A DNA stretch of 64,000 bases, from assembly GCA_913020555.1 (NCBI GenBank), contig CAJWAC010000002.1:20460-84459 (forward strand). Direction: 5' to 3'. Every line of letters begins with the position of its first letter. Within the stretch, counting starts at the first letter, position 1. Both the position numbers and the translations under genes were made by a program. Under the pieces are notes generated by a model, which saw only the letters and a list, made by a program, of their open reading frames with translations, made no database searches and was not told where the DNA came from. Below are positions 20,680-30,104 of this stretch, one piece after another. Source of the DNA: an uncultured Polaribacter sp. (lineage in GTDB: Bacteria > Bacteroidota > Bacteroidia > Flavobacteriales > Flavobacteriaceae).

Positions 20680-21633
20680 CTATTTATTTTTTTTAATTTT
20701 TAAATAATTTAGTTGTAAGTTAAATCTAAACATGTTAGACTCTGCTTCACCACCTCCGAATACAATGCCACCATAATCTGCATGTAAATAAATAAGTGGA
20801 TGTAATTGATAACCTAAACCAATTGTTGCTCCATAATTATTGAAAGAATTGCCATCTTTACTCCCATCAGTTGTGGTTTGTCCACCAACCTGATATCTTC
20901 CATTTAAAGTGGCACGTAACTTTTTATTAAAGTTATGTATAATGTGATTCTCAAAAACAAATAAAGGAGCTTGAGTTCTTTCTACACTTGCATTTGAAAC
21001 AGGATTAACTAACACATCTTTATTTTTTGTAAAAAATCGTATGCTTGGAAATAGTTCGAGGTTTGTTGAGGAATTACCTTTAGACCAAAGAGACATTGTT
21101 GTGGGGATCCCATATTCAAAAGTAGTTCTATTTGTACCTATATTTACCAATTCATCCTTGTCATAAGATCCAGAATACCATATTCTAAAATAACTCATCA
21201 TTGTAAAGTTTATCTTACCTTTCATATAATCTTCTAGGCTTATTGCTTTACCATTAACCATTCCAACTTTTAACCCAATAAATCCGTCGGAGAAAGCTGT
21301 TTTATCAAAAACTCTGTCCTCAAGTGGATTTGGTAAATCTAAGGTTGACGATATAGATGTAGGATTCATCATAGCTACAATTTCGGCATGTTGCCCTTTA
21401 ATTGAGAAGACATGAAAAAGTGTTATGGGAAAGGAATTAATCTCTAGGTTTAGATTCGGTGTCAGTAAATCCCCGTTTACAGACATGTTCTGATTTAGGT
21501 TTAGATATTTTATGTTTAAACCCCACATTTTTTGTGGTTTTAGAAAATGACTTTCTGGCCCATCTCCTTGAGCGCAGGTCAAATAACTGGTTAAAAAGAA
21601 AAGTAAAAACGAAATTTTTAATGTAATTCTCAT
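20680..21633 (-). CDS. Putative outer-membrane channel (MetA-pathway of phenol degradation-like 'transporter' family)
   Basis: Signal peptide; G.YD...VNIGTNR motif; amphipathic beta strands. Confidence 0.7.
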   Translation of the reverse strand: MRITLKISFLLFFLTSYLTCAQGDGPESHFLKPQKMWGLNIKYLNLNQNMSVNGDLLTPNLNLEINSFPITLFHVFSIKGQHAEIVAMMNPTSISSTLDLPNPLEDRVFDKTAFSDGFIGLKVGMVNGKAISLEDYMKGKINFTMMSYFRIWYSGSYDKDELVNIGTNRTTFEYGIPTTMSLWSKGNSSTNLELFPSIRFFTKNKDVLVNPVSNASVERTQAPLFVFENHIIHNFNKKLRATLNGRYQVGGQTTTDGSKDGNSFNNYGATIGLGYQLHPLIYLHADYGGIVFGGGEAESNMFRFNLQLNYLKIKKNK

Positions 21634-21756
21634 ACTTATATTTATTAAATGTGAAGTTTGGGGAAACTCTTGAGAATTTGAAATGAGCTAATAGATATTT
21701 AATAAAATGTTCATCTTACTCATATAAATTTTACAAGATTTTATAACGGTATAAAT

Positions 21757-21801
21757 CAAATTTAGAGTGAATAAGCCAAAAAAAATTTAACTCATGTTAA
21801 A
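21757..21801 (-). promoter_or_regulatory. -7 box plus upstream palindromic operator TTTAAC-N4-GTTAAA
   Basis: TAAATTTG at 21764-21757; palindrome TTTAAC-TCAT-GTTAAA at 21786-21801. Confidence 0.55.
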
Positions 21802-21848
21802 AAAAATAAAGATTTTTTTACTTCAATTAAAAGTTAAAGTTATTCTAG

Positions 21849-22859
21849 TTAGTTGAAAGACCATCCAAAACCTGAAGTAAATAGATAATCAGAATTACTT
21901 CCTGTAATTGCTGATTGATTGTCATAATTAAATTTAAACCCAGTTTTGATATAAAGGTTTAAAGGTAAATCGTATTGAATGTTAATAGTATAGTCTGCTC
22001 TAATTCTTCTTAATTCTCCTTTGCTAAGAAATAAATTAATATTGGTTATTAGTTTAAAATCATTGAAATCAAACATATCAAACTCAGAACCAAAATAAAG
22101 TTCTGATGATGAATTTTTATTTGTAGCATCATTGAATTTTTCAATATTAAAATTTACACCAAAATTAAAACCTAAAGAAAGTTTCTGAGTAAACAGCAAA
22201 TACCTTCCAATTCCGGTACTTATGGTATATCTAGATTCTATTGCTTGCTCTGTATTAGATAAAAACCCCAAATTACTTAGTAAGTACCATTTTTTTGGGA
22301 GTATGCGTTTAATATCGGCTTTCACTTCAGTTCTTTGAATGTCTTCTGTATTGTCTTGCTTAGAATTTAAAGCACTAAATGATGAATTTGAAATCCATTT
22401 TAAATCTCTGTAACTCAAATTTCCTTCAATTACAAACTGACTTGCCTTATTTGCTTTTGTTAAGTTATAGTTTAAATCAATATTAAATTTAAACCGATCC
22501 CAGAACTCTTCTGATAATTCATCCAAAGAAATTAAATCTGTTAGCTTAAACGTTTCCTTAACTTTATTTTTTGCTGTAATTGTAAAGTAATTGGATTTAT
22601 TTGACTTGACATAGCCCGTTCTTCTTCTCCCTTTTGTAAGTAAAACAAAGCAAATCTTTTGTATTTTAATTCCTGTAACTTCTTTAAAATTTATTTTAAA
22701 ATCACTATCGCTGTAGGAAGTTTCTACGGTAAGTACATTTGATTGAATGTTTTTTATTTCACCATATATTTTTTTGCCGTTTTTTAAGGCAATTGTATCG
22801 TTTTGAGAATACAATGAAAAGCTGATAGTACACAATAAAAAAAGTAAATGAAATCTCAT
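21849..22859 (-). CDS. DUF481-like outer-membrane beta-barrel protein
   Basis: Signal peptide; DTI.LKNG N-terminal domain; C-terminal GFGWSF strand. Confidence 0.75.
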   Translation of the reverse strand: MRFHLLFLLCTISFSLYSQNDTIALKNGKKIYGEIKNIQSNVLTVETSYSDSDFKINFKEVTGIKIQKICFVLLTKGRRRTGYVKSNKSNYFTITAKNKVKETFKLTDLISLDELSEEFWDRFKFNIDLNYNLTKANKASQFVIEGNLSYRDLKWISNSSFSALNSKQDNTEDIQRTEVKADIKRILPKKWYLLSNLGFLSNTEQAIESRYTISTGIGRYLLFTQKLSLGFNFGVNFNIEKFNDATNKNSSSELYFGSEFDMFDFNDFKLITNINLFLSKGELRRIRADYTINIQYDLPLNLYIKTGFKFNYDNQSAITGSNSDYLFTSGFGWSFN

Positions 22860-22908
22860 GTCCTTTTTGCCGGATTAAATATTAATTTGATGATAACAAA
22901 CATATGAC

Positions 22909-23463
22909 TCATTTCTTTTTTGATCTTATTCTACTAAGACTTTGTTGCGTAATTCCTAAATAGGAAGCAATTTGACCTAAACTGGCTCTTTTGCTAATGC
23001 CAGGATAGTTTGCTTTTAAATCTTTATACCTCTCTTCCGCAGTTTTTGTTTGCAAGTCAATTACTTTTTTACCTAAAGAAATCATTGTTTGTGTTACCAT
23101 TACCCTGCAAAATGTTTCTATAATTCTATGTTTTTCAAAGGCATTTTCTAGCAGATCAATAGAAAAAGCCCTAACCGTTGTTCTCTCTACTGCTTCTAAA
23201 TTAAATTGACTTTCTTCTCGGTTAAAAAAACTTGGAGGAATGGTCATTAACATACTTTCAGATGCAAACCAATGTGTAATATCATTACCTTTTAAATCAA
23301 AATAATAACTTCTTAAAAGTCCTGTTTCTATCAAATACAAATAGTTACATACATGATTTGCCTGAACAATAATTTCCTTTTTTTCAAAAGTTAAATATTC
23401 TGATTGTTCTATTAATTCTGCAAAAGGTTTTGACTCTAAAATTACGGGGTTAAATTTTATCAT
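22909..23463 (-). CDS. Crp/Fnr family transcriptional regulator
   Basis: cNMP-binding-like domain; C-terminal TAEERY...IASYLGITQQSLSRIR HTH. Confidence 0.92.
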   Translation of the reverse strand: MIKFNPVILESKPFAELIEQSEYLTFEKKEIIVQANHVCNYLYLIETGLLRSYYFDLKGNDITHWFASESMLMTIPPSFFNREESQFNLEAVERTTVRAFSIDLLENAFEKHRIIETFCRVMVTQTMISLGKKVIDLQTKTAEERYKDLKANYPGISKRASLGQIASYLGITQQSLSRIRSKKK

Positions 23464-23483
23464 GTTAAAAAATTAATTAATAA

Positions 23484-24521
23484 CTAAACTTTCTGAAGCG
23501 CTTCTTCTATCGTGGCTTTCAAATTTGTATTGGAAGGTCTAATTTCATCCGGACTGATAATTTTACCTTCTTTATCCAGAAAAATAAATCTTGGTAATGC
23601 TCCAATATCATAAAACTTTACAAATTCACTATCTAACCCTGAATGTATTTGAATGCCCTTCATGGAATTATCTACCACATGTTTTTTCCATTTTTGATAA
23701 TCACGATCTGTGCTGATAGAAATAATTTGAAAGTCTTTATTACTTGAGAAATAGGTTTCTAATTCTTCTAAAAATTTGTGTTCTACCTTACAAGGCTTAC
23801 ACCAGGTTGCCCAAACATCTATATAAACATACTTTCCTTTAAAATCCTGAAGTGATTTTGATGTATTGTTAACATCCTTAAAGGAAAAATTATTACCAAT
23901 TAAATTTATTAAAGAAGCCTTATATCTGTATTTTTTATTCTTCTTTTTTAAGATATTAGAGAAAGCGTCAAATTTTTCAAAAGCATCTATTTTTAAAGAA
24001 TCAATAATATTAAGGGTATTAGATTTCTTTACAATCAAGTCTTTATTTTGCGCTATTTTAAGATTTAAACTGGCAGAATCAATACCTTTCCTTACCCAAT
24101 TAGTGAGTTCGTTTTGAACTTTTTTAGAATACGCTAAAAAATTATTGGGAATTTCAAAAGTTCCTTTATAAATAGCATCATGAGTGGATTTATTCTCCTC
24201 AATATTTAAATTGATATCGCTATTTGGTGCTATCAAAATCTCTCCAAATTCGCTTTGTACTCCCTTTCTAAAAGCATAAACTTGATATATTTTTTGATCT
24301 GAAATCAATAACGTATCAATAACAGTTCTTGTATTTATAAATCGAAGACAAGATTTTATTTCCCAAGAATTTTCTTTATCATAAATAATAAGACTGTCTA
24401 AATCACTATTTTTATCAATATTAACTTTAATAACTGATGAAATATTTATGGGATTTTTACTGCAACTCGAAATTAAAACTAGCAGCAGAGTAGACATTAA
24501 AATTGATTTTAACATGCTCAA
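23484..24521 (-). CDS. TlpA-like thiol-disulfide oxidoreductase lipoprotein
   Basis: Lipobox ISSC; DVWATWCKPC and LPRF thioredoxin motifs. Confidence 0.9.
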   Translation of the reverse strand: MSMLKSILMSTLLLVLISSCSKNPINISSVIKVNIDKNSDLDSLIIYDKENSWEIKSCLRFINTRTVIDTLLISDQKIYQVYAFRKGVQSEFGEILIAPNSDINLNIEENKSTHDAIYKGTFEIPNNFLAYSKKVQNELTNWVRKGIDSASLNLKIAQNKDLIVKKSNTLNIIDSLKIDAFEKFDAFSNILKKKNKKYRYKASLINLIGNNFSFKDVNNTSKSLQDFKGKYVYIDVWATWCKPCKVEHKFLEELETYFSSNKDFQIISISTDRDYQKWKKHVVDNSMKGIQIHSGLDSEFVKFYDIGALPRFIFLDKEGKIISPDEIRPSNTNLKATIEEALQKV

Positions 24522-24538
24522 TGGTATTTAAATTATAA

Positions 24539-25714
24539 TTATTTTAAAATTACAATTTTTTTAGATGCAATTGCAATGTTATTTGAAATCAAATTTGCAA
24601 AGTAAACACCATTGGCTAAATGACTAGTGTAAAACGGAATTGATGATTGATTTTTATCAATATTTAGTGATGATATTCTTTGGCCTTTAGTCGTATAAAT
24701 TTCTATTCTATCTAAATTAAATTTTGATTTGAATGTAAAATTTGTTTCTGTTTTTATTGGATTGGGACTATTTGTAAAGAATGATGCAACCATCATTTCA
24801 TCTGTTGTTTGCAAATTTGAGTCTGCAAATATTTTTAAAGCAACAGGTCTGTGATCTGAAATATCTTGATCATACTCATACCAGCCATTTTCTAGATATT
24901 CTTCTAGTTTAATTGTTTCAATATTTGAATTTTCGTTTTCAAATTTTTCAAATAATTCGTTTGTTATTAAAATATGATCTAAATGCGATGGCCAATTTGG
25001 AAATGACCAATTTGAACTATTGCCATTTGCAATGTCAATGTCAGTAAACAAATAGTTGTTGCTATCTTCTATAATAGTTCTAAAAACATTGTCTTGAGAG
25101 TCATCCGTTAATTCGTCATTTAAATCGCCTAAAATAATTACTTGTGCATCAGAAAAATTGTCATCTACATATTCCTTTAATAAAATACTGGCATTATACC
25201 TTCTTGTTTCTTCATCATCAGAATCATTCACATCAAAAAAACCATCGCCACAACACTTTAAATGATTGTTAATAACTATATATCTTTGATTTTTAAAATT
25301 AAAATCCATAACCATGGGAGACCTTGGGAAAGGAGACCAATATTGTGAAGTGGTATAAATTTCATAAATCGAATTAATTTCTATCGTGTTTTTGTTATAA
25401 ATAAAAGCAAGTCCAGCAAACCACTCAGATTCTAAATAGCCTTCGTATGATTCCATATTTGCAACCATTTCATTGAAACTATTTCTATCATCTACTTCTT
25501 GAATGGCAATTATATCTGCATTTAATGCTTCAATTATATCACCAACTTTTGCCACAGTTGTAGCCTCATTTTTGGGAAAATTTTCAATATTCCAAGAAAG
25601 AATTTCTAAGGTAGACGAAGTTCCGTAATCTATACCATCAATATTTTGTGTAAAACCTGTAAAACAATGCATTACAAATGTGAATAAAGTTAAACTTCTT
25701 ACTTTAAAGGGCAT
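24539..25714 (-). CDS. Endonuclease/exonuclease/phosphatase (DNase I-like) protein with T9SS C-terminal domain
   Basis: SWNIE, IQEV, GDLN, LDHI and SDH motifs; CTD PNP...GVYF...KKIVILK. Confidence 0.88.
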   Translation of the reverse strand: MPFKVRSLTLFTFVMHCFTGFTQNIDGIDYGTSSTLEILSWNIENFPKNEATTVAKVGDIIEALNADIIAIQEVDDRNSFNEMVANMESYEGYLESEWFAGLAFIYNKNTIEINSIYEIYTTSQYWSPFPRSPMVMDFNFKNQRYIVINNHLKCCGDGFFDVNDSDDEETRRYNASILLKEYVDDNFSDAQVIILGDLNDELTDDSQDNVFRTIIEDSNNYLFTDIDIANGNSSNWSFPNWPSHLDHILITNELFEKFENENSNIETIKLEEYLENGWYEYDQDISDHRPVALKIFADSNLQTTDEMMVASFFTNSPNPIKTETNFTFKSKFNLDRIEIYTTKGQRISSLNIDKNQSSIPFYTSHLANGVYFANLISNNIAIASKKIVILK

Positions 25715-25838
25715 ATTTTGAATAATTTCTAATGATTTTTAATGAGATCAAAAATACAAAATCCTTTTTGCATGAAATACAAGTTTTGTGAAGGAGTTTA
25801 AGATTTAACTCCTGTAAAAAGTTATTCTAAATTTAAAA

Positions 25839-27002
25839 TTAATCTAACTTTTTTCTCTTTTTTTGTTGCACAATTTTACCAACATAAAAACCTATAGCAA
25901 AGGGTAAAAAGATAATTACAGCTAATAAAATAATAATATACAATAAAGCGGTTTTTACCAAGTCTTTTATATGATTCATTGTATTATCTAAAAGCTTGGT
26001 GCTAAGCGCATCTGCATCTTTAGATAACGCTTTTCTTTCTCTTTGAATTATTGAATCTAATTTTATCCTTTCTTTCTCTACAACTTCATAAATTAATGCT
26101 CTTTCAGTAGAAAGATAGTCTAATGTATAAGAAACATTATCATCAATTCTAGCATTAAAACTGTTTAGTTGTTGTTGAAGGTTGATTAAGGCTTCATCCA
26201 AAAGTTCTGGTGATTGTTCTGCAACTTCAAGAAAACGATTGATCTTTACATTGATGCTATCTGAAAGTTGTTTGAGACTTTTTTCATCAAAACCTTGCGC
26301 TTTCATAAAAAGCTCGCTGTTCCATTGAATTTGTTTACCTGTGGTTTCTGATGCTACCGAAATTCTATTGGTTAAATCTGCAACTACTTCAGATAAAGAA
26401 CCCACAGTTTGCACCGCTAAACTATCTGGTATTCTCTTAAAATCTAGGTATGATTCCCTAACAGGGTGATGATTGAATGTTAAGTTTTTTGCTGGATACT
26501 TTTTTGTAAATGTTCTAACAAAACCTTCCGTATCTTTATATTCACTTTTTGGAATACCTACTTTGGCAATTCTTTTTATTTGATCTAAATTTTTCTGCGA
26601 AACTGAAATCGGTAAATCTTTATAAGTACCAAATAAATTTTGAGCTGTTTGTTCAGAAAAATAATCTTTTATACTTGAAGTTAACACCCATGTATCCATT
26701 AAGGCTATATTAGGTGAAGTTTGATAGCCCACAGACCTCAAAGCAGATAATGTATTAATCTTCCATTTTAAGGCATTTTTTTGAATTTCTACATCCTTAC
26801 TGGATTTTAAAATACTGTCTGCAGCAACCTCTACTTTTTTAGACGCGTCTTGCACAAATGCCTGAGTAAGTAATCGCGTATTTAAATCAGTTTTAGAGAG
26901 AGGAATCTGTTCATTTTCAATTTTTACCAATGAACAAGAACTCACAAAACATACTATAAATACAACAGATATTTTATTGGAAAGTTTAAAAAAGAATTTC
27001 AT
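25839..27002 (-). CDS. Hypothetical lipoprotein with coiled coil and C-terminal TM helix
   Basis: Lipobox VSSC; helical body; hydrophobic C-terminal anchor followed by KKRKK. Confidence 0.75.
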   Translation of the reverse strand: MKFFFKLSNKISVVFIVCFVSSCSLVKIENEQIPLSKTDLNTRLLTQAFVQDASKKVEVAADSILKSSKDVEIQKNALKWKINTLSALRSVGYQTSPNIALMDTWVLTSSIKDYFSEQTAQNLFGTYKDLPISVSQKNLDQIKRIAKVGIPKSEYKDTEGFVRTFTKKYPAKNLTFNHHPVRESYLDFKRIPDSLAVQTVGSLSEVVADLTNRISVASETTGKQIQWNSELFMKAQGFDEKSLKQLSDSINVKINRFLEVAEQSPELLDEALINLQQQLNSFNARIDDNVSYTLDYLSTERALIYEVVEKERIKLDSIIQRERKALSKDADALSTKLLDNTMNHIKDLVKTALLYIIILLAVIIFLPFAIGFYVGKIVQQKKRKKLD

Positions 27003-27024
27003 TTATTAAAGAGCGTGAGTGTTT

Positions 27025-27684
27025 TTAATCAATTTTAAAAAATTGGATCAGTTCTTTTCCATTGTTATCAAATAAGTACAGTTTATTTTCTTTAATTTCG
27101 TATGAGTTTACACTTTGTAGAGCAACATTAAAAACGTTTGGAATCTCCATATTTGGACATAATTTTCTTGTTCCCATTGCAGCTCCAAAAGTTACATCTC
27201 TTTCAGTTAACGTTTTTAAAGATGCTCTAATGGAGTTACATCCGTCTGTTCCTTGAAGGCTCATATCTTTAACTGATATTTCAATTCTAGGTTGCATCTC
27301 AAGTTGTTGTATTTGAATATCTCCAATTTTTGAAGCCACCCAAATATCATTTATACGTAATTTTCTATCCACTTCTTTAGACATAACTTTTTTTAGTTTA
27401 TATGAATATATTGATTTATCTGCAGGAGTATTTTCTTTCTCTGTCTCTTCAACTTCAACCTCAATTTTATACATATATCCAGGAACATAATTGAACCCCG
27501 AAATTTTCTCATAAAAGTTTTCCCAATTAGAATCCTCAGATTTTTTTATTTGAAGACAACTCATTGGAGCTACTCCAACACAATCTTTTTTAAAACTATT
27601 TATATAGAATATTTCTGTTTTTACATTTTTGGAGCATCCCATAAATATTGAAATTAAAAAAATATAAATAAAATTCCTTCTCAT
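27025..27684 (-). CDS. DUF4377 + META (HslJ-like) domain lipoprotein
   Basis: Lipobox FMGC; CVGVAPMSCLQ, I.GF.Y.PGY.Y, GTDGCN and TRKLC motifs. Confidence 0.85.
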   Translation of the reverse strand: MRRNFIYIFLISIFMGCSKNVKTEIFYINSFKKDCVGVAPMSCLQIKKSEDSNWENFYEKISGFNYVPGYMYKIEVEVEETEKENTPADKSIYSYKLKKVMSKEVDRKLRINDIWVASKIGDIQIQQLEMQPRIEISVKDMSLQGTDGCNSIRASLKTLTERDVTFGAAMGTRKLCPNMEIPNVFNVALQSVNSYEIKENKLYLFDNNGKELIQFFKID

Positions 27685-27696
27685 TATTTTTTGTTT

Positions 27697-28068
27697 TTAT
27701 TGTTTTAGTCTTTCTATATCGGTAACAATATAATTTGTGTCTCCTTGCCAAGGCAGTGTTTTGTATCTTTCTTTATAAAATAACTTTACTTTGTCTCCTT
27801 CGAGGTCTTTCATTTTTTTTACCAATTCATCATCAAACATTGTAAAAGACCATATGTTACCTTCTAATCCGTTTGACAAATTTACACCTCCAAGATTTAG
27901 TTCTCCTTCGTAAGTTTTAAACGCAACACCTTTTTTAGAAATCTTTATGAGATATCCTGATCGTGTTCCTTCAGAGAAAGTCCATGTACAAACCCAATAG
28001 GCGATTCCCAAAGAAATTACAATAATTAATAGCAGCCGATAAAATATTTTTTTTAATTTTTCTTTCAA
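27697..28068 (-). CDS. Conserved small membrane-anchored protein
   Basis: N-terminal TM helix; SEG.RSG.L.K.SKKG..FKTYEGEL and WQGDT.Y motifs; TTG start. Confidence 0.75.
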   Translation of the reverse strand: MKEKLKKIFYRLLLIIVISLGIAYWVCTWTFSEGTRSGYLIKISKKGVAFKTYEGELNLGGVNLSNGLEGNIWSFTMFDDELVKKMKDLEGDKVKLFYKERYKTLPWQGDTNYIVTDIERLKQ

Positions 28069-28080
28069 AATAATAGTGTT

Positions 28081-28809
28081 TTACAAGAATAAAGTTGCCC
28101 CTAATCTAAAAGTATTAATATCATTTGTAAAGTTAGGAAAATACCCCAAATTTACTTTTAGTTTGTTTGGTGTAATCATATAGTTAAAGTTAAACTCACT
28201 AGACCAATTGGTTTTCTCTAAAATAGTAACAATAGGATTTACAAATAAAAATGCTCTTTGAGAAAAGCTAATACTCATATTGGTTTGGAAATTTACCCCT
28301 GTCTGGGAACTGCCAACATAATCATCTGGTGCTGTTACGTGTACAAGTCCAACACCAGGGAACATGGCAATTTTAGGCGAAACCACATAACCTGCAACAA
28401 CACCAGCCGCTAATGACCAAATGCCTAAGCTTAAACCATTTTTAGTTGAGCCAGGTGGTATTGTAATGTCAACATAAGGTGCAATGGCAATTAATCTTAT
28501 AGTAATATTCCGTTTTAATGCATGAAAATAACGCACTCTGGTATCAGATAAACCAAATTTACTTGTTCCTTCATTATACAATAACGGAACTTCTACAAGT
28601 AATAAATTATCTGCATCAAATGCATATTGAACGTTAATTCTAGTTCCATACCAGTCAGAGCCGTCTCTAGCTTGATATTCAAAAGCTGCATTCAATTGGG
28701 TGTATAAGTTTGTTGGTTTAGAAGCATCTACAGTTTGATCTTGTGCAAAGCTCACTTGCGACAGGGTTAAAAAAACAAGTGCTATTATTTTTAGTTTACT
28801 TGACTTCAT
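28081..28809 (-). CDS. Putative outer-membrane beta-barrel protein
   Basis: Signal peptide; alternating beta-strand pattern; GLSD motif; C-terminal RLGATLFL. Confidence 0.7.
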   Translation of the reverse strand: MKSSKLKIIALVFLTLSQVSFAQDQTVDASKPTNLYTQLNAAFEYQARDGSDWYGTRINVQYAFDADNLLLVEVPLLYNEGTSKFGLSDTRVRYFHALKRNITIRLIAIAPYVDITIPPGSTKNGLSLGIWSLAAGVVAGYVVSPKIAMFPGVGLVHVTAPDDYVGSSQTGVNFQTNMSISFSQRAFLFVNPIVTILEKTNWSSEFNFNYMITPNKLKVNLGYFPNFTNDINTFRLGATLFL

Positions 28810-28829
28810 AATTATTTAATTTGTTTCAT

Positions 28830-29240
28830 TTATTTTTTTCTTCCTAATAATTCAATTTTCGCTCTTTTTGTTACAAGCATATTACCAATAGCTTCGTAAG
28901 AAAGCTCGATCTTATCTATTATTTTCCCTTTTTCAATATTAAAAACAAAAGAGCTCATGCCTTTAGTTAAAAGTCCTGTACCTTTTGTCTTTTTATTGAT
29001 TTTACTTTTATCTTTATAATGCACCACTATATATTTAATTTTTAAATTTCCTTGGGTACATTTAATTTTAAACTGAGAGATTTCTTTCTCATTACCTCTT
29101 AAATTAATGACATCCTTGTCGCTTTTATAAGACACATCTTTTTTAGCAACCGTGAACCAATCATTACTTTGTGAACTTACTGAGAAGCTTATAAAAAATA
29201 AAATGATTGATATATAATTATTTGTAAATTTAACTGTTAT
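28830..29240 (-). CDS. Exported hypothetical protein (DUF2541-like), start uncertain
   Basis: The frame is open upstream of the track GTG (29135) and encodes a signal-peptide-like stretch ISIILFFISFSVSS-QSNDW. Only ATA, ATT or ATC are available as starts; ATA at 29240 is assumed. Confidence 0.6.
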   Translation of the reverse strand: MTVKFTNNYISIILFFISFSVSSQSNDWFTVAKKDVSYKSDKDVINLRGNEKEISQFKIKCTQGNLKIKYIVVHYKDKSKINKKTKGTGLLTKGMSSFVFNIEKGKIIDKIELSYEAIGNMLVTKRAKIELLGRKK

Positions 29241-29248
29241 ATCAATAA

Positions 29249-29611
29249 TTATTTTAATTTATCAAAAAGTGTTACTTTTTTCTCTTTTTTAATATTTTCA
29301 TACACTTTAGCACCCCAAATTTCTCCATTTTCTAAATGCAACTTAAAACTAAAATTTCTACCACTTACAACTTGAGAGCTAGCATCTGTAATTTTAATAA
29401 CTTTACTTTCAATATTTTTATCAGACACTACAAAGTCAGCGATTTCTTTAATTTTATCGTTTACTTCCATACTTTTCCATCCTCCTGCTAAATTTTTCGG
29501 GACTTCTTCCATAATTGTTGGAGTTTTTTCATTTGTATTCGTTTTTTTATCACAACCGGTAACTAAAAGTGTGATAACAAAACAAGATATTATAAAAAGT
29601 TTTTTTTTCAT
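29249..29611 (-). CDS. Cystatin-like lipoprotein
   Basis: Lipobox VTGC; LAGGW followed by QVVSG (cystatin G...QxVxG signature). Confidence 0.75.
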   Translation of the reverse strand: MKKKLFIISCFVITLLVTGCDKKTNTNEKTPTIMEEVPKNLAGGWKSMEVNDKIKEIADFVVSDKNIESKVIKITDASSQVVSGRNFSFKLHLENGEIWGAKVYENIKKEKKVTLFDKLK

Positions 29612-30042
29612 TTTGATTCAATTTGATTCATTACTTGGTTATAATTTTCTTTAGAAAAAATAATAGGTTTAAAATTAGTCAACCATTGAATTTTATTTTT
29701 TATAGTTGGTTTAGGATGAACATAGTCTGTATTTCGTCCAATTTTATCCCAAATAATTTTGTTGTTGACAAATTTGATTTTTACAAATATATAATCGCAA
29801 CAAGCATCTACACAACCATACAAAAGGTGATTTGAAGAAGACTTCTTATTTTCTATCAAACTAGATAATTTAGATTCTAAACGCAACATAAATGGCTCCT
29901 TAAATCTACCATTAGAAAATTCATTTTTAAAAGACGATCTTAAATAATGTTGAAATGATTCGTCATTTATAAATAAATCTTTGACTGCTATATCTTCCCC
30001 GTAAATATGTATAGAAATTTTCCCTAAACTCAGTTCTTTCAT
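29608..30042 (-). CDS. Hypothetical protein
   Basis: 144-aa ORF with a 4-nt ATGA overlap with the next gene; GCVDACC motif; no signal peptide. Confidence 0.65.
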   Translation of the reverse strand: MKELSLGKISIHIYGEDIAVKDLFINDESFQHYLRSSFKNEFSNGRFKEPFMLRLESKLSSLIENKKSSSNHLLYGCVDACCDYIFVKIKFVNNKIIWDKIGRNTDYVHPKPTIKNKIQWLTNFKPIIFSKENYNQVMNQIESK

Positions 30043-30062
30043 CTCTATTAAAAAATTAAATT

Positions 30063-30098
30063 TAAAAGACTCAACTTCATTTTAAGATGTGTCTTTTA
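30063..30098 (-). terminator. Probable intrinsic terminator after the amidohydrolase pair
   Basis: Inverted repeat TAAAAGAC...GTCTTTTA directly after the stop at 30105. Confidence 0.5.
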
Positions 30099-30104
30099 AT
30101 TTTA

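Noticed and set aside
21634-21723. Short upstream ORF (MSKMNILLNIY*) in frame with the transporter gene
   Set aside because: No regulatory codon bias or hairpin; cannot be told apart from chance or a small remnant.
25792-25819. TTTAACTCCTGTAAAA as a second Crp/Fnr site
   Set aside because: It is an imperfect palindrome better explained by the AGGAGTT / AACTCCT hairpin (25792-25813) after the upstream gene's stop.
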